NCBI GenBank assembly: GCA_039929105.1
Contig: JBDSRX010000016.1
Location: 1-54,403 of the forward strand
DNA: 54,403 bases
Direction: 5' to 3'
Source: Candidatus Dojkabacteria bacterium
Lineage (GTDB): Bacteria > Patescibacteriota > Dojkabacteria > J137
Shown here: in pieces, positions 54,000-54,403 of the stretch
How the letters are laid out: every line of letters starts with the position of its first letter
Position numbering within the stretch: position 1 is the stretch's first letter
The notes under the pieces: generated by a model
Database searches by the model: none
What the model was told of the DNA's origin: nothing
The model's input: the letters and a program-made list of their open reading frames with translations, nothing else
Program-made: the position numbers and the translations under genes

Positions 54000-54403
54000 C
54001 ACAGTTGCCATTTTTCTCATATCCCAAGTGGGGAATGTTGCCAAGGAGTATGAACTAATTGACCTGTACCAGTTGAAAGACTTACAGGTAAATAGATATT
54101 GAGTTTCATTAATAAAATCCTATAGGGTAAGGATTCTCAGGTTTCGAAGTAAGGCTGGAAGTTGGGGTCACTCAGAATAGATATAAATTTCGTATTTTGT
54201 TACCCGTAAAGATAATTTTTCACATGAAATTTAGCTATTCTGTATTACATTTAGGGGTAGAGGGATAGACATTGCCACCGACCGCCTGACGACTATTACC
54301 CTTGTGGCAGTTCAATTACGTTACACAGTAGAAAAGGAAGTTTTTTAGGAATGAGGAATGAGGTGTAGTACTATTGAAAATTGATTTTTAATTCATAATT
54401 TTC
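54000..54403. other. ORF-free, locally GC-enriched, helix-rich region (candidate structured RNA or leader; class and strand unknown)
   Basis: No ORF of 60 aa or more in any frame. Complementary segments: 54062-68/54083-89, 54116-21/54130-35, 54173-80/54235-42 stacked on 54185-91/54226-32, 54273-78/54304-09. Confidence 0.35.

Noticed and set aside
53990-54403. RNase P RNA, tmRNA, tRNA, SRP RNA, T-box, TPP, ZTP or fluoride riboswitch in the terminal structured region
   Set aside because: Only partial word matches were found: acagaatagc versus ACAGAA..GGCTTA, ggggtagagggatagac versus the tmRNA 5' end, accgcctga versus CCGCCUGGGC. The obligatory conserved cores (GAGGAAAGUCC, GGAUUCGAC, the T-loop and others) are absent. 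No class could be assigned by eye.
1-54403. CRISPR arrays, rRNA or tRNA genes, transposases or integrases, prophage, recoded genetic code
   Set aside because: No regularly spaced direct repeats, no T-loop or acceptor patterns, and no recombinase-like ORFs were seen. TGA terminates recF and the GIY-YIG gene while long ORFs stay intact under the standard code.

Overview
AT-rich, very gene-dense bacterial segment with no rRNA, tRNA, CRISPR array, transposase or integrase that I can recognise. Gene content and protein style fit a reduced-genome lineage such as Patescibacteria/CPR: a short IF-2, Lys-rich tails on ribosomal proteins, many orphan ORFs and small nuclease cassettes. This placement is inference, since no rRNA is present to confirm it. 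TGA is used as a stop (recF, GIY-YIG gene), so the standard bacterial code applies.

Layout:
- 1-5.9 kb: recF 3' end, YraN, then the minus-strand ribosomal block infA-rpmJ-rpsM-rpsK-rpsD-rpoA-rplQ-rplM-rpsI.
- 5.9-28 kb: a cell-surface/glycan island. It holds a cohesin-like anchored protein, ten glycosyltransferase genes, and a GT11 fucosyltransferase. It also holds an FkbM methyltransferase, Wzm/Wzt ABC exporter, O-acyltransferase, gmd-NUDIX-fcl, galE and a large S8 protease fused to a repeat propeller.
- 28-54 kb: housekeeping genes (valS, pyk, eno, infB, sufS, hisS, rsmB-like, sufU, hup) interleaved with orphan ORFs and three small 'selfish-looking' cassettes. These are an Avd-like four-helix-bundle gene, a frameshifted DUF559 gene and a GIY-YIG gene.

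Most noteworthy:
- The GIY-YIG gene is bracketed by perfect 27-bp inverted repeats. Degenerate single copies of the same hairpin sit in ribosomal-protein, gmd and eno leaders.
- The DUF559 gene is bracketed by its own class of inverted repeats.
- A methyltransferase with a coiled-coil tail lies next to an extended Wzt, which looks like a WbdD/Wzt-CBM chain-termination logic.
- Two genes are disrupted only by 1-nt homopolymer shifts.
- TGnTAnnnT boxes lie exactly 6 nt before three ATGs, in a window that lacks Shine-Dalgarno motifs.
- The last ~400 nt are ORF-free, GC-enriched and helix-rich.

I found no complete, clearly novel multi-gene system. The candidates above are leads, not demonstrations.
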